Shown here piece after piece: positions 1 to 22,890 of a stretch of DNA of 64,000 nucleotides. The notes below the pieces were generated by a model. The model was not told the origin of the DNA. It did no database searches and saw nothing but the letters and a program-made list of their open reading frames with translations. The stretch covers positions 1 through 64,000 of the forward strand of contig JBEUKZ010000122.1 of NCBI GenBank assembly GCA_048128005.1, written 5' to 3'. Numbering within the stretch: the first letter of the stretch is position 1; every line of letters starts with the position of its first letter. Made by a program: the position numbers and the translations under genes. Origin of the DNA: Veleropilina oligotropha. Its lineage: Eukaryota.

Positions 1-43
1 ATATATATATATATATATATATATATGCATGCATACATACATT

Positions 44-191
44 ATAAGTTGTCGGACGACGTCGCGGTGAATACGGTGGATTGAATACCGGATAAAGTTA
101 AACCACGAGGCGCTAGCGCCGAGTGGTTTAGCGTTATGAGGTATTCAATCCAACGTGTTTACCAAGACGTTGTTCGACAACGTATTTTTCT

Positions 192-193
<2 letters not shown>
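44..193 (+). mobile_element. Truncated hairpin-headed element (copy of the element at 1564)
   Basis: About 140-nt imperfect palindrome, near-identical to 1564-1712. Confidence 0.75.
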
Positions 194-495
<302 letters not shown>

Positions 496-655
496 TGTGA
501 TGGAGGCATTAAGTGGACCAGCCATACACTTTAGTGTTAAATTGGTTTTATCACATTTTTAATTTCTGAAGATATTAACTAAGAGGAAGAATATATATAT
601 ATATATATATATAATATTATATATACATATATATGCATGCATGCATACATACATT

Positions 656-1562
656 ATAAGTTGTCGGCATTGCCCGAGGGGAATATGGGTCTATGTACCT
701 GTTTATGAGAATTTATTAACCGAGACGAAGTCGAGGTTAATAAATTCTCACAAACGGTACATAGACCCATATTTCACGAGGGCTATGCCGACAACGAATT
801 TATCTTACTTCAATATAATAAAATCAAGCCTTTTGAACAAGTTGCTTTTCCAACTTCGTAACTCCGTGAAAGAATCCATTTTGTATATGCTATTGTTGTT
901 ACGAAAAAAACGCGTTCCTAAAACAATGTGTTCAGCTCTGCTGAAGATCATGTGTAAAACTCGTGTTCAATATAAAAAATATCCTTTCGTTATAACTGTG
1001 ATATTTTAGCATAATTGGCATGATTATTGAAAAATACACAAAGTATGTTTGTGGCGAATACATCCATACCAATATACATTATATAAAATATTGAAGACAG
1101 TCTGACGCGCCCATTAGAATGAAATAATAATGCCTAGCAACCGTCACTCTCCAGGCAGAGAAATTAAGAATACTCCGTACAGTACGATAAAGAAATGACG
1201 TCTCTGCGCAGGAGCATAATAGGAAGTCGAAGTAAACACCAAAATTAGCTAAATAAGGATAATTGGATATTCATTTTACATGAAAATGTCAAAAGTGTAA
1301 ACCGTTACGACTATAAAATGAAATTGATGCAAAATTTTCGAAACGATGGACGATTCCAAGACTTAACATTTGCATTGATGTTTTGGCAGACAACATATTC
1401 ACAATTATCTCCCTTGTCTTCGAGGGCGCTCCAAATCACAATAGTACACACAACTACGTAAGGTATAAATAATTCATATACCCCGCCTGGGTGGGGAATA
1501 CGGTAATTGTCGAAGGAACGTTAACCAATCAGACTGCAGTATTAAGAGCTAAAGTAAGATAA
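656..1562 (+). mobile_element. Hairpin-headed non-autonomous element (possibly Crypton-related)
   Basis: Hairpin 656-799 centred on CGAG-ACGAAGT-CGAG, followed by TTATCTTACTT, which is inverted at the distal end (AAGTAAGATAA). Confidence 0.7.
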
Positions 1563-1563
1563 T

Positions 1564-1994
1564 ATAAGTTGTCGGACGACGTCGCTGTGAATACGGTGGA
1601 TTGAATACCGAATAAAGTTAAACCACGAGGCGCTAGCGCCAAGTGGTTTAACGTTATGAGGTATTCAATCCAGCGTATTTACCAAGACGTTGTTCGACAA
1701 CGTATTTATCTTGATTTTATCTTCATTTTACCTTGATTTCGTATCGTGATGCTTGATTAACAGAGTCCCGATTTCGTGAATAACACTTGTTAGCAGCCAT
1801 TTGCATTTACCTATCTACGGTGTCAGCAAGGCCGAGTTATTTCCCTTGACGGCCAGTTAGCCAATCAGAACAGAGGATTATGACGTCACCGTTGTTTAAG
1901 AATGCATAAACAACGGCTGGTCGGTGTATACGGTCAGTTAACAAAATGACCTCAGCCGATCAGAACAGAGGATTAAAGGCGAAATCAAGATAAA
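1564..1994 (+). mobile_element. Hairpin-headed non-autonomous element (possibly Crypton-related)
   Basis: Hairpin 1564-1705, followed by TTTATCTTGATTT, which is inverted at the end (AAATCAAGATAAA). Confidence 0.7.
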
Positions 1995-2035
1995 CATACC
2001 TACATACATACATGCATGCATGCATGCCTGCATAC

Positions 2036-2133
<98 letters not shown>

Positions 2134-3865
2134 TGGCGGTAGAAAATAAAGTTAAAGGAATATAAGTACTTGTACCACTAATTTATCAGAATAATGGCAC
2201 TAAACTGAAGGTATAAACAAATTTATTGCAAAATTGAAATTTTGAACTAGATTTATCACGGGCGAATAATGCGCACATGATGATTGCACAAACGAGGAAT
2301 GCATGATCAACATACATTAATACGCGAATATTTCGCGAATTTGCATCAGCGCCATTGTAACGTCATAAATTTTATGAACATTTTACGGAAATAAAATAGG
2401 TCAAGACATATTCCGAACGCGTCGTTCTTGTGAATACATCACGGTATAAATAACAACAATGCTATGAGCCAAGTCAGGAGTTTGTTGAGTAAGTTTGTGA
2501 AACTAGATAAATAAGTTATCGAGCGCAACGTCTTGATAAGCACGGCGCATTGAACAACTTCATACGTTATTCAATAACGTTATGCAGAGGCGCGTGTATG
2601 AAATCAAGTGTGATATTTTCCCAGCGAACAGGATGCTGTATAAAAAGAGATTACACACATTAACATATTTTCATTCGATTTAGTTCTAAATCGTACTTTA
2701 AGCCTTTCATTGATCAACTTTCACTACGCTTAGTAAAGACGCCAAGTAAAATAAAATAAATTCATCATTATCTGCTAACACATGAAGACATTCGATCTCA
2801 TAGCAGTAATGTAAATATAGTCCACAGTTGGATTTTAAGTTTCTATTCCGTCAGACCAACATGTATATGTAGTTCCAGACTCGATTTCATTCGGCAATAT
2901 TCGGAAACCGCTCGGGATTTTAGTCACATGGCGCCAAGTCATGTGACTGTTGGGCCTGGTAGTCAACCAATGGCGGCCGCGACATCGTCTGCATCTTGTT
3001 TACGTCAGGGCACGTGCGGGTAAGTAGAATTTCCCGGGAATTCCGGTGTGTATGCAACTTTTTACCACCTAAAAATGATCCGGTGATTCTGATTGTATCT
3101 TCAAACCAGCATTGACAATATTAAGGCCACATCAAGTTGACGGCATAACTACCTGGGAGCCGCCATGTTGTTTGACTACCAGCCGCTGATTGGTCGATAC
3201 GTTCGGCATATCGGCGAACAACCGTGTATTTCCGTGGGTGTTCGGGGGAACTCGGAGTGAAATCGTCTATCGGGAGAGGCGGGTTCAATTCACCAATGAG
3301 TGGTCGTTGCCCATCATTCGAAATGAAACGTTAAACCGATGTTACGACTACAGACAGGACTGAAAATTTGTCAAAATGTGATCGTAAAAGTAAATTGATT
3401 CACAGCACTCCATCAATGCTCACGACTCGTTATGTAACCCACCTAAAACGCTTCGCACACTGAACATCGTTACTTTTGTTCTGAATTGATAAGAAACACT
3501 TAACAGACATGAGACATTTGTATTTGAATACGCGAGGTTTTCCTGGTTCCCTTTAAAATGATTTGTTGAAAATACCGGACCAGACATGATAATTATGTCA
3601 ATCGACATAAAAATGGATTTACCACAAAACAAACCGACAATGAGAGCTCAATGCAGATCTGCATCCGGGGAACATCGTTGGTACATAGTCAACATGTATG
3701 GTACCAAAAATGGTCACGTGACTAGATTGAGATATATACCTATGTCAAAGAAACCAGCATGTGGCCAGAAAATTGACAGGTTTCGTACAGATGCATAGCA
3801 TCATCCATGGAGACACTCGCTCGATACCCAGAGAATGTAGACATGTTGCTAACTTACTACATTTA

Positions 3866-13568
<9,703 letters not shown>

Positions 13569-15059
13569 TTTCGATTATGATACCTCTTAAGGCGTGTTAG
13601 TGATAATGTTTCTCAGGAGATACACTCTAAATTTCAAGTTCCATCTTCCCGTTCTTGCTTAAATCAAATGTAACTCTTAATTGGAATTCGGCAAGCCCGA
13701 ATAGCAGGGATAATCCGCATCTATGCTCGACTGGAGCCTGCTTGGAATAAATCGCCATGAAATCGATCGACAGATTCATTCCTGAAAGACGAATCTATTG
13801 CAAACTATTATCGCTGTAGACTTTCTCCAGGATCAGTCCATAGTAATGACATGGGGGTGGCAGCGTATTCAACTCTTCGTTCTTTGATTGAGGTCATTGG
13901 AAATTCGGATTCGGGATCGAAAATCAATGAGGGCTACATCAACTATTTAGCGTTCGTTAATTATACAGCAGCCTAATCACAACATCAGAGGGCGGACAGA
14001 ATGATGATCTAGAGCACTTTTAAGAACACAAGTCTAATCCTGTTATGATCCTCTATGATTTCATGTCCGTATTGTATATTAATTCTTATATTTAGCGCTC
14101 TGTATCCGAGCTGTAATACGTTTAAGGACGCGACTCAGAGACTCTCTTTACTCATTCCGACGCAGCAATTGAAAATATCGATCGACGACAATTCCTCAAC
14201 CAACAGTGAAATTACACAAACTCTGCATTGAGAGCCATTCACGCTCCATTCTTGGGATTGATTATCCCCCAAAACATGCTCGATAATCGCGCGTGCCTTT
14301 TGATGGTTTCCTTGGTAAAGGCATTGCCAAGGATAGCCATAGCAGAACAATTACCATTCTCGACTTGGAGACGGACAATTACGATTTGCTTTGTTTCGCG
14401 TAACAAGGAACCGATGCTTTATTTCTATTTCTATTTCCACCGCAGGCGGGAAACCTGTTCGAAGAAATCTATTGAATTAGTCGCAACATAACAAGCCAAC
14501 TGACATCTCTGGTATACAATCAACAGACCTTGAAAAGACGGCAACTCGCGGATAATTAAATGGCGACAAAGGTCACGCAATAACCATGGCAATTAGCGAG
14601 GAATCCAGAATATAAAACAGCCTACAACATGTAAATCGGTCTATTTATTATAATAGATCATAATAAATATAAGCCTACGCTGCACTGGAAGACATTTTAT
14701 CTTCAGATTTATTAGTCCTGGCTTGAATCGCATGTGGCATCGATAGTCTGTCAGGTTAGGAGGCCTAAATGTACTTAACGCTACAGTTTTAGTAACTGTC
14801 AGAAAATGCATTCATTACATTTATAACATCAAATTCTCTTGATACTGAATTGGCCAATGCCTCAAATGTCAATCATCTTGGAAAAATGGCAGCCATGTAG
14901 ACACATTACTATCTGTATTTTGACATGTAGAAGATGCATTTCATTACAGGATGTATATGTAATTAATGTACACACTGATGTATATGATAGTCGGATTGAT
15001 TAACAAATAGTGGTCATATGGTCCGCGTTATAACAAATATACTAACATAATCGCTTTCC

Positions 15060-15243
15060 TAAGGCGACAACCGGCCAATTATCGTCTTTTCGCTTTTTGA
15101 TAAAAGCGACAATCCGCTAATCGTCGTCTTTTCGCTTTTAAAAAAAGCGACAACCCGCTAATCGTCGTCTTTTTGCCTTTTGAAAAAAGGCGACAACCCA
15201 CTAATTGTCGTCTTTTCGACTTTTGAAAAAAGCGACAACCCGA
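15060..15243. repeat. About 39-41-bp tandem repeat, about 4.5 copies, each self-complementary
   Basis: Unit AAAAGCGACAAyCCGCTAATCGTCGTCTTTTCGCTTTT. Confidence 0.85.
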
Positions 15244-15344
15244 CATAACGAGATGTCCACAATAATTGATTATTCTATACATCTGACTAATAATGTGTTA
15301 AAGATGTACTCATACATAATTATATATTTGGGGTCCAACTTTTA

Positions 15345-16012
15345 GGAAATAATTACACTACTATCAACTGTAAAACTGGAAATAATTACACTATCAACTG
15401 TAAAACTGGAAATAATTACACTATCAACTGTAAAACTGGAAATAATTACACTATCAACTGTAAAACTGGAAATAATTACACTATCAACTGTAAAACTGGA
15501 AATAATTACACTATCAACTGTAAAACTGGAAATAATTACACTATCAACTGTAAAACTGGAAATAATTACACTATCAACTGTAAAACTGGAAATAATTACA
15601 CTATCAACTGTAAAACTGGAAATAATTACACTATCAACTGTAAAACTGGAAATAATTACACTATCAACTGTAAAACTGGAAATAATTACACTATCAACTG
15701 TAAAACTGGAAATAATTACACTATCAACTGTAAAACTGGAAATAATTACACTATCAACTGTAAAACTGGAAATAATTACACTATCAACTGTAAAACTGGA
15801 AATAATTACACTATCAACTGTAAAACTGGAAATAATTACACTATCAACTGTAAAACTGGAAATAATTACACTATCAACTGTAAAACTGGAAATAATTACA
15901 CTATCAACTGTAAAACTGGAAATAATTACACTATCAACTGTAAAACTGGAAATAATTACACTATCAACTGTAAAACTGGAAATAATTACACTATCAACTG
16001 TAAAACTGGAAA
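15345..16012. repeat. 30-bp minisatellite, about 22 identical copies
   Basis: Unit CTATCAACTGTAAAACTGGAAATAATTACA. Confidence 0.98.
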
Positions 16013-16607
16013 TTTTTGACAATTAACGGAGTGAAACTCTGCATCCTGACAGTGCAAAACGAGTTATTTTCTACTATCAAAATTGTGACTGGTAAAAGAG
16101 TGGTGGTCCCGACCTCTTGACGCCCCCCCCTGGATCCGCGCATGATAAATGATACATTACTCAACAGTAGATCATAAGAGCCCTGTAGATATCTTATTAG
16201 TAGCCATTTTAAGGATCTGCATGTAGTGTGTTTAACTACGCTGCCATTTTTACAGTTTCGGCATATTTGTTTGAATATTGACTGTCATAATTGTTATTAA
16301 CAACTTGAAAAAATACACGTAATTATTTTACAAATTAAAGTCCATCTTTAATACAAAATGGCCGATCAGAGCTTTGCAATTTTATAGCCAAGTTCGAAAG
16401 ACTATATATATGGTTGGAATCATGCAATTGTCCATTACACCATATTTTACCTGCATATTCATCGGAATATTGTTAATTAATACTACTCTGTCACTTCAAT
16501 TTATATTCTCCAAAGTGATGACATTACCAACAAAATTATTAGCTTTCGGAATGACGAAATGCCGTGGTGAGAGTACGCTCAACAATGACCATATGCGTGG
16601 ACGATGA

Positions 16608-16726
16608 ATAGGTTATATACAATGAGATTTAGTTGTCAAATTGGAGAAGCCTGCAGTTAAACCACGAGTTGTTTAACTGCACGGGCTTCTCCGATTAGAC
16701 AACAAAAACAGAGTGATATAACCGAC
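16608..16726 (+). repeat. Degenerate long hairpin of the hairpin-headed element class
   Basis: GGTTATAT...GAGAAGCC.GCAGTTAAAC-CACGAGTT-GTTTAACTGC..GGCTTCTC...ATATAACC. Confidence 0.6.
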
Positions 16727-16809
16727 TTAAACCATTGAAAAAATGTAAACCAATTTAAAATAAAATAATTTAAAAGCCTAATAAACTCATTATTAGTGTA
16801 AAACGAAGT

Positions 16810-18668
16810 TCCCGTGGTCTAACTAACAATATGGCCAAGACCATATAATGACGTGATTTAAGTGCATATCCCCATGTTTTTGTGGTCTAGGAATCAAATG
16901 AGCATATTTAAATTGTAGCGAAGTGATTACATAATTCAGTGAAATCCAAGATTTCTAGACATACAAAACATGGGGTTATGGACAAAAGTTTTTGTATGAA
17001 GGATAATAAAGGGGTAATGAGCGTTTTAACTATTTCACTGCCATCTTGGATTACACAATTAGGCAATCACTTCACTATAATTTAATTGTGCTAAGTGGAT
17101 TGCTACACCCCAAAAACATGCGGTCAGGCACCAAAATTACTTTTATAGGATGGATACTAAAGGAGTAATGAGCATTTTAAGGATTTGGCGACCATATTGG
17201 ACAACCATTTTGGATTTCACAATAAAGGATAAATGGTCATTTTCACAATTATGAAATAACTGCGACATACTTTTCGGACTTTACCGCATTTGGTCCAAAA
17301 TTCCCTTCCGCTCCATAGCTTCCATACTAATTGACCAAGGGACACGAAACTTGATGTGTTTATGCGCTATAACTCAAAGGTGTGTCGCATACCAAAAGTA
17401 GGTCACCGCGACCTACTTTTCCCGCTTGACCACATTTGGTCCAAAATTCTCCTCCGTTCCATATCTTCAATACTATTTGACCGAGGGACATGAAACTTCA
17501 TATGTGTATACAACAGCCTGTTCCTGGGTCAAACGCTTTCATTGGGGCATATTATCACTTCTGTGATAGCTCTAGTTAGGCCTTTTAAGGATTTGGCGGC
17601 CCCAATGGACCGCCATCTTGGATTTCACAATAGAGAAGTAATTGGGTATTTTAAGGATTCGGCGTCCACATTGTCCGCCATCTTGTATTTCATTTTTATG
17701 TAGTTACTTCGCTCTAAGTTAAATATGATATTTGGATTCCTAGACAACTAAAACATGGGATATCCACGAAATAAAGAAGTAATTGGCATTTTAAAGCCAT
17801 ATTTGATAGCCATCTTGGATTTCACAATTATGGAATCATTTCACTCTAAATTAAATAAGGTAATTGGATTCCTACTCTTAAAACATGGGATTAGGCACCA
17901 AAATTACTTTTCTAGGATAGATAATAAAGGAATAATTGTCCGTTGAAGGATTTTGCGGCCATATTGGACCGCCATCTTGGATTTTACAATTATAGAATCA
18001 CTTTACTATAATTTAAAGATGCTAATTGGATTCATAAAGCACCACATTATGTGGTTAGGCACTCAAATCACTTTTCTAGGTGAATATAAAGAAATAATCA
18101 GCATTTTAAACATTCGGCGGCCACATTGGACCGCAATCTTGGATTTCACAATAAAGAAGTAATGGGCGTTTTAAGGATTTGGCGGCCATATTGGATCGCC
18201 ATCTTGGATTCCACAATTATGTAAACACTTCCCTATAATTTAAATATGTTAATTGGATTCCTAGACCCAAAAAACATTTGGTTAGGCACCAAAATTACTT
18301 ATTTAGGATGAATAATAAAGAAGTAATGGGAATTTTAAGGATTTGGCGACCATATTACACCGCCATCTTGGATTTCACAAGCTTGTAATCACTTCACTAA
18401 AATTTAAATATGCTAATTGGATTCCTAGACCCCAAAATGTTGGGTTAGGCACCAAAATTACTTTTCTAAGATGAATAATAAAGGAGCAATTTGCATTTTA
18501 AGGATTTGGCGGCCATCTTGGACGCCATCTTGAAAATTTGACCTTTCCAGAGGTCAGATTTTGGTAGACTTTTTGTATGTTAGAAAGGAAACCTGATACC
18601 ACCTAAAAAAGTTGAAAAACCTTTTGTTGCAATTTTTTTTAGGTTAATTCATTATTTCAGCCGACAAT
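16810..18668. mobile_element. Subterminal repeat array of a DNA transposon end (Academ-like), with a Helentron-like insert at about 17225-17580
   Basis: Many copies of TTTTAAGGATTTGGCGGCCATATTGGACCGCCATCTTGGATTTCACAA with about 160-bp periodicity. The insert ends in a short hairpin plus CTAGTT. Confidence 0.5.
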
Positions 18669-19248
18669 ATTGAAAATGGTATTTGCTAACCTTGGATATG
18701 ACAATCAAAGTCTTAGCCAAGAAAATGTGACATAGTTTGGAAGCATTTCTATGCCAGGATCATGTTTCATGGTTTTTCCATAATGCGAACAACATTTCAG
18801 TGCGTTAAGAGTGGCGTACAATACAAAGGGCAGTGCTGTGGTTATTATCCAGTTCGTCTTGTAAGAGCTCAAGAACAAACTTCCTTGGATGTGCATCACA
18901 TTTTGTCAGGAATATCATTCATCACACTTCTTCTGGTACAGTTATATCATGTATACAAGTTTTCTTGCCATTGGCAAATTAGAATTTTCAAAAGTGTTGA
19001 TATTTTTTTGTTCGATACTAGTGTACCAGGCAAGGAATTGTCTGGATCTATTAGGTGACCCCATGGTCTTTGTTTTGTTACGGTACCAAGGTGTATTTTG
19101 GTCTTCTAAGAATGTCAGTAAGAATGATCCAAGATTAACAGAACAGCATGATAAGTTAGGAGAGTTATTGTTGCAAACATTATCGTCTACCTTCTTCAAT
19201 GCGAGATGGATGACTCAGAGTCCAACATTTTCTTTTAGGATATTTGTC

Positions 19249-19570
19249 AACTAGCTGTGGGTGGCGCCTGAAAGGCTTACCAGCATTGACATTACTAGCT
19301 ATGGTACCCGTCTTCGCCGGGCAAGTCCCCCCACCCCAATTTTTTTTTTTTTTTTTTTTGGATAGTGCTCCCTTAAATATTTTTTTTTTTTCCCGAATTT
19401 TCCGAATTTTTTTCGTGGTAAACCTTCCTTGGGGGACCCCGATTAACCCCCCAAAGTTTGAAGGTCCTAGGTCAAAGCGTCTGGGAGGAGTTCAACTTGA
19501 AACAGACACACACACAGACACACACACAGACACACACACATACAATTATAGCTCCATTATATTAAGATTA
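19249..19570 (-). mobile_element. Short Helitron/Helentron-like non-autonomous element
   Basis: AACTAG terminus with an adjacent CCCG..CGGG hairpin and a (GACACACACACA)n tract near the other end. Confidence 0.55.
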
Positions 19571-21256
19571 CCCAATATGATAACACTTTGATGTCTAGAC
19601 TTCAATTCTTATTCAGGTCCTATCAAGCTCAACAACAGGCCAGGTTTTCTTCTCTGTAAAGTTCATCAACCAGAAAGATACGTTGTTTGCTCAAGAACAT
19701 CTTACACTTATCAATCTGCAGCAGGATGTTAATTCATTGCAGAGCACTTTGGTGGCCACCATCACAACTCCTTAATTCTCTCCATTTTGCGATCCATTCT
19801 GAATACATTATAATTAGGTGAGAGCATATATTTTGGATTCAGACCTGGTAGTGGAGTAATAATAATTTGAAGTCGGAAAATTTGGGGACAGAGATGAAAA
19901 TTGGCTGAGATGACCAAATAACAATATAAAAGATTTTCAGAAAGTTCCCCATATTTCCTGGGGGTGGAAGGCATCTAATTTTCATTTGTCCAAGATGGCA
20001 GCCACCGGCGAAGGTAATTGTATAAAATTTGCAACTTTTGAACTGAAAGGGGTATACACATATTTAACATGTCTATTTCCACTATTTTTAGGGTGCAGGG
20101 GTCATTTTTGAGGTTTTTAGGTGGTTGCAGGGTCATTTAAAGGTTAAATAGATGAACTTTACATAATTTGCGTATTTTCAAGATGGCCGCAAACAACTCG
20201 TAAAACCGAAATTCATTTGATAATTTCCGACAAATACAAAATTTGATCGTTACTACGACTAGTCCATGGGACAATATAGGCATTTTTATCCACTATATTT
20301 TTCTGAAAGCTACAGTCCTCAGCAATCAAAATCTGCTTGTTTGCCATTAAACTGGTGGTGGGTATGCCCGGCAAAGCCGTTGCCATGGCAGCGCCTTAGT
20401 TAGAAATTGGAATTTCCGAAAATGTCACATATTTAACCAAACACAAAATAAGTGTTTAGGTATATATATATATTTAATGCTGCCCAGTCGAATGCAGTGA
20501 ATATATGGTTCATTCAAGGTCACGGTTACGCCTAATCAAGGTTGTTGCCATGGCAACTCCCAGTTGAAGTATTTGATTTTGGGAAAAAGTGTCATGTTTT
20601 CATATCAAAATTACACAAAAACACAATCTAAGTGTCTAGATATATATATATATTATATATATATTTGAAAATTCCTAGTCGATTGCAATCAAGAATTGGG
20701 CAATTTAAGATCACGGTTGTTTCCATGGCCACGCGCTGTTGAAATATTTGATTTTGGGAAAAAAGTGTTACATTTTGATAACAAACTACACAAAACCACA
20801 ATATAATTGTCTATGTGTATATATCTGAAGATTCCCAGTCGATTGCAATCAAGATATGTGTCATATAAGGTTACGGTTATGCCTAATCAGGGATGTCGTC
20901 ATGCCAACGCTCTGTTGAAATATTTGATTTTGGGGAAAAGTGTAACATTTTGATAACAAACTACACAATCGAAGTACCTAGGTATATATATTTGAAGCTG
21001 CTCAGATAATTGAACTCAAGATAGAGTTCATGGAACGTCACGATCATGCCAAATCAGCGTCGTTGCTATTACAACTCCATGATGGAAAATGTTTACTGAG
21101 AAAATATGTAATATCTTTGTAATTAAACAACACCTAATGATCATCTAAGTGTCCTGGTATATTAATTTCTAGCTCTGAGCTGGAGAGCAATCACAATCTG
21201 GGTATTTAAGGTAACTTTTTCATTGCTTCTTCGTTGCCATGACTACACCATAATGC

Positions 21257-21654
21257 TGCAAAACCTTCAGTGGACAACTCTTGAAACTCGGAGAAAGCAG
21301 ATCCATATTGCTATGATGTACAGAATCAGGAATCAATTTACAAACCTCCGGTGGCAACAATACATCATAGCAATGTATTCCATCACCAGAAGACACGGCT
21401 TCCGAATGCTGCAACTACACTGCCACGAATCTGTCTATGCCAACTCTTTCTTTCGGAGAACCATCCGAGATTGGAACAATTTGAGTACGGACCCACTCGC
21501 CGCTTCATCACTTGACAGCTTTAAGTTGTCACTGAAGAATGAAGTTGCTCCACATAAAGACATCACATCACTGCACTGTATACTCATCAAATCTCTTTTT
21601 ATAATGTTTACATTTAATTACATTCATAATCATCCCTTTTACTTGAAGAGGAAG
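21257..21654 (+). mobile_element. 5'-truncated LINE 3' end (CR1/L2-group)
   Basis: LQWTTLETRRK...YANSFFRRTIRDWNNL; GAAGAGGAAG tail; AATGC duplicated on both sides; absent from the mirrored Academ arm. Confidence 0.8.
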
Positions 21655-22439
21655 AATGCAAACTTTGGAATTTATATAATTCTAGCAGCATATAAGTTAC
21701 GTCTACAACATTTTAGCCATTGTAGTTCACTGTTAATTGTCCGATAATAATTATTCATATGTCATCAGCCTTCTCCTTATCATCATTAAACAAATCGTAT
21801 TGCAATTTGCTGTAGTCATTCTCAGTATCTTTGTTCATTATCCTGTTCCAACACCAAATCCGCCAGTTCTTGTGGAAGCATTTCATCTTCTGTTCATTGG
21901 TACCCTAATTTGTCTCCTTGGAGAACCCAGCCATAACCATTGTTGGCCTTTGGCAATTTTGGATATGCCAAATCTGCTTGGTTCCAGATGAGAGCCTGTT
22001 AGTGAATTGGCACGTAGAACATGCATCCCCTAAGATGATATGCAGGGTGGAAGCACACTTAGATCGACGTCGCTGGTTTCTTAGTGTGAATCGTGTCGTG
22101 AACATAGTACTGTATATCTGAGCTAGATGATTTCCTTGACATTTGACCTTGTACCATACAAAATGCATGTGAATGCCTGCTGATCACCAAATTGTCCTGT
22201 AATAAGAGTAGGTCTTGTAAAAAAATATGTAAAGACAGGGATGTATTGCAAGTTCTTTTGCAGCACATGAATGGGTCCACCTTTCATTATTATCTACAAC
22301 TCTATATATGGTGATGGAACCATTTGCATTTTGATTAAATAACTTTTCCTGTTGTTGATGAAGATTTCGCAGATTATCAGAATACCACTAATCATGGACA
22401 CTGGCGGTGCAGAAAAGCGATGATTGATAGACTTCAGAT

Positions 22440-22890
22440 CAGCAGTCTAGGGCAATGACAAAGACTTGTGCAATGCATTGTTCTCGCTGCATGCCTTCAC
22501 CGGCTGCGATACCATTAGTTCCTTTGTGCGGAAAGGCAAATGGGAACCCTGCGTGTGCGACAAAATAACTCGCAATACACCCGTACTCTTACTAAAGGAC
22601 GGTTTGATGATCTGTAGTCATTCACATGCCCTTTGTATGATGCAAAGTGACACATGAAGTGGAAATCAACTTGCTCAAATATAATATGTTCATGACACAT
22701 TACACACCAAGGAACCAGCTACTCTCCAGTGAGAATGGCTTCGACCTAAGTTTACTTCCACCCTACATATCCTCTTTGAGGATAGATGTTCTACATGCCA
22801 ACTATCAGGATCTCATCTGGAACCAATCACATTTGTCATATCCAGAATTGCCATAGCACTACAGCGGTTAGAGCTGGGTTCTCCAAGGAG
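22440..22890 (+). pseudogene. C-terminal remnant of an Academ-type transposase (XPG-like GCD region); a mirrored copy lies on the minus strand at about 21900-22280
   Basis: LHAFTGCDTISSFVRKGK and DLSLLPP..SSL...V..ANYQ.LIWNQ...YPELP. The minus copy reads DLSVLPPCISS*GMHVLRAN / QALIWNQADLAYPKLP....GYGW. Confidence 0.75.

Noticed and set aside
2152..3556. Kolobok-like element between TTAAAGG and CCTTTAA
   Set aside because: The termini match too weakly beyond the first few bases to pair them.
15342..16022. 226-aa (ISSFTVDSVI)n ORF, or a CRISPR array
   Set aside because: A 30-bp minisatellite with no spacers, no ATG start, no synonymous variation and no cas genes.
18690..19845. Possible decayed coding sequence on the minus strand
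   Set aside because: Many stops in the frames examined and no identifiable motif.
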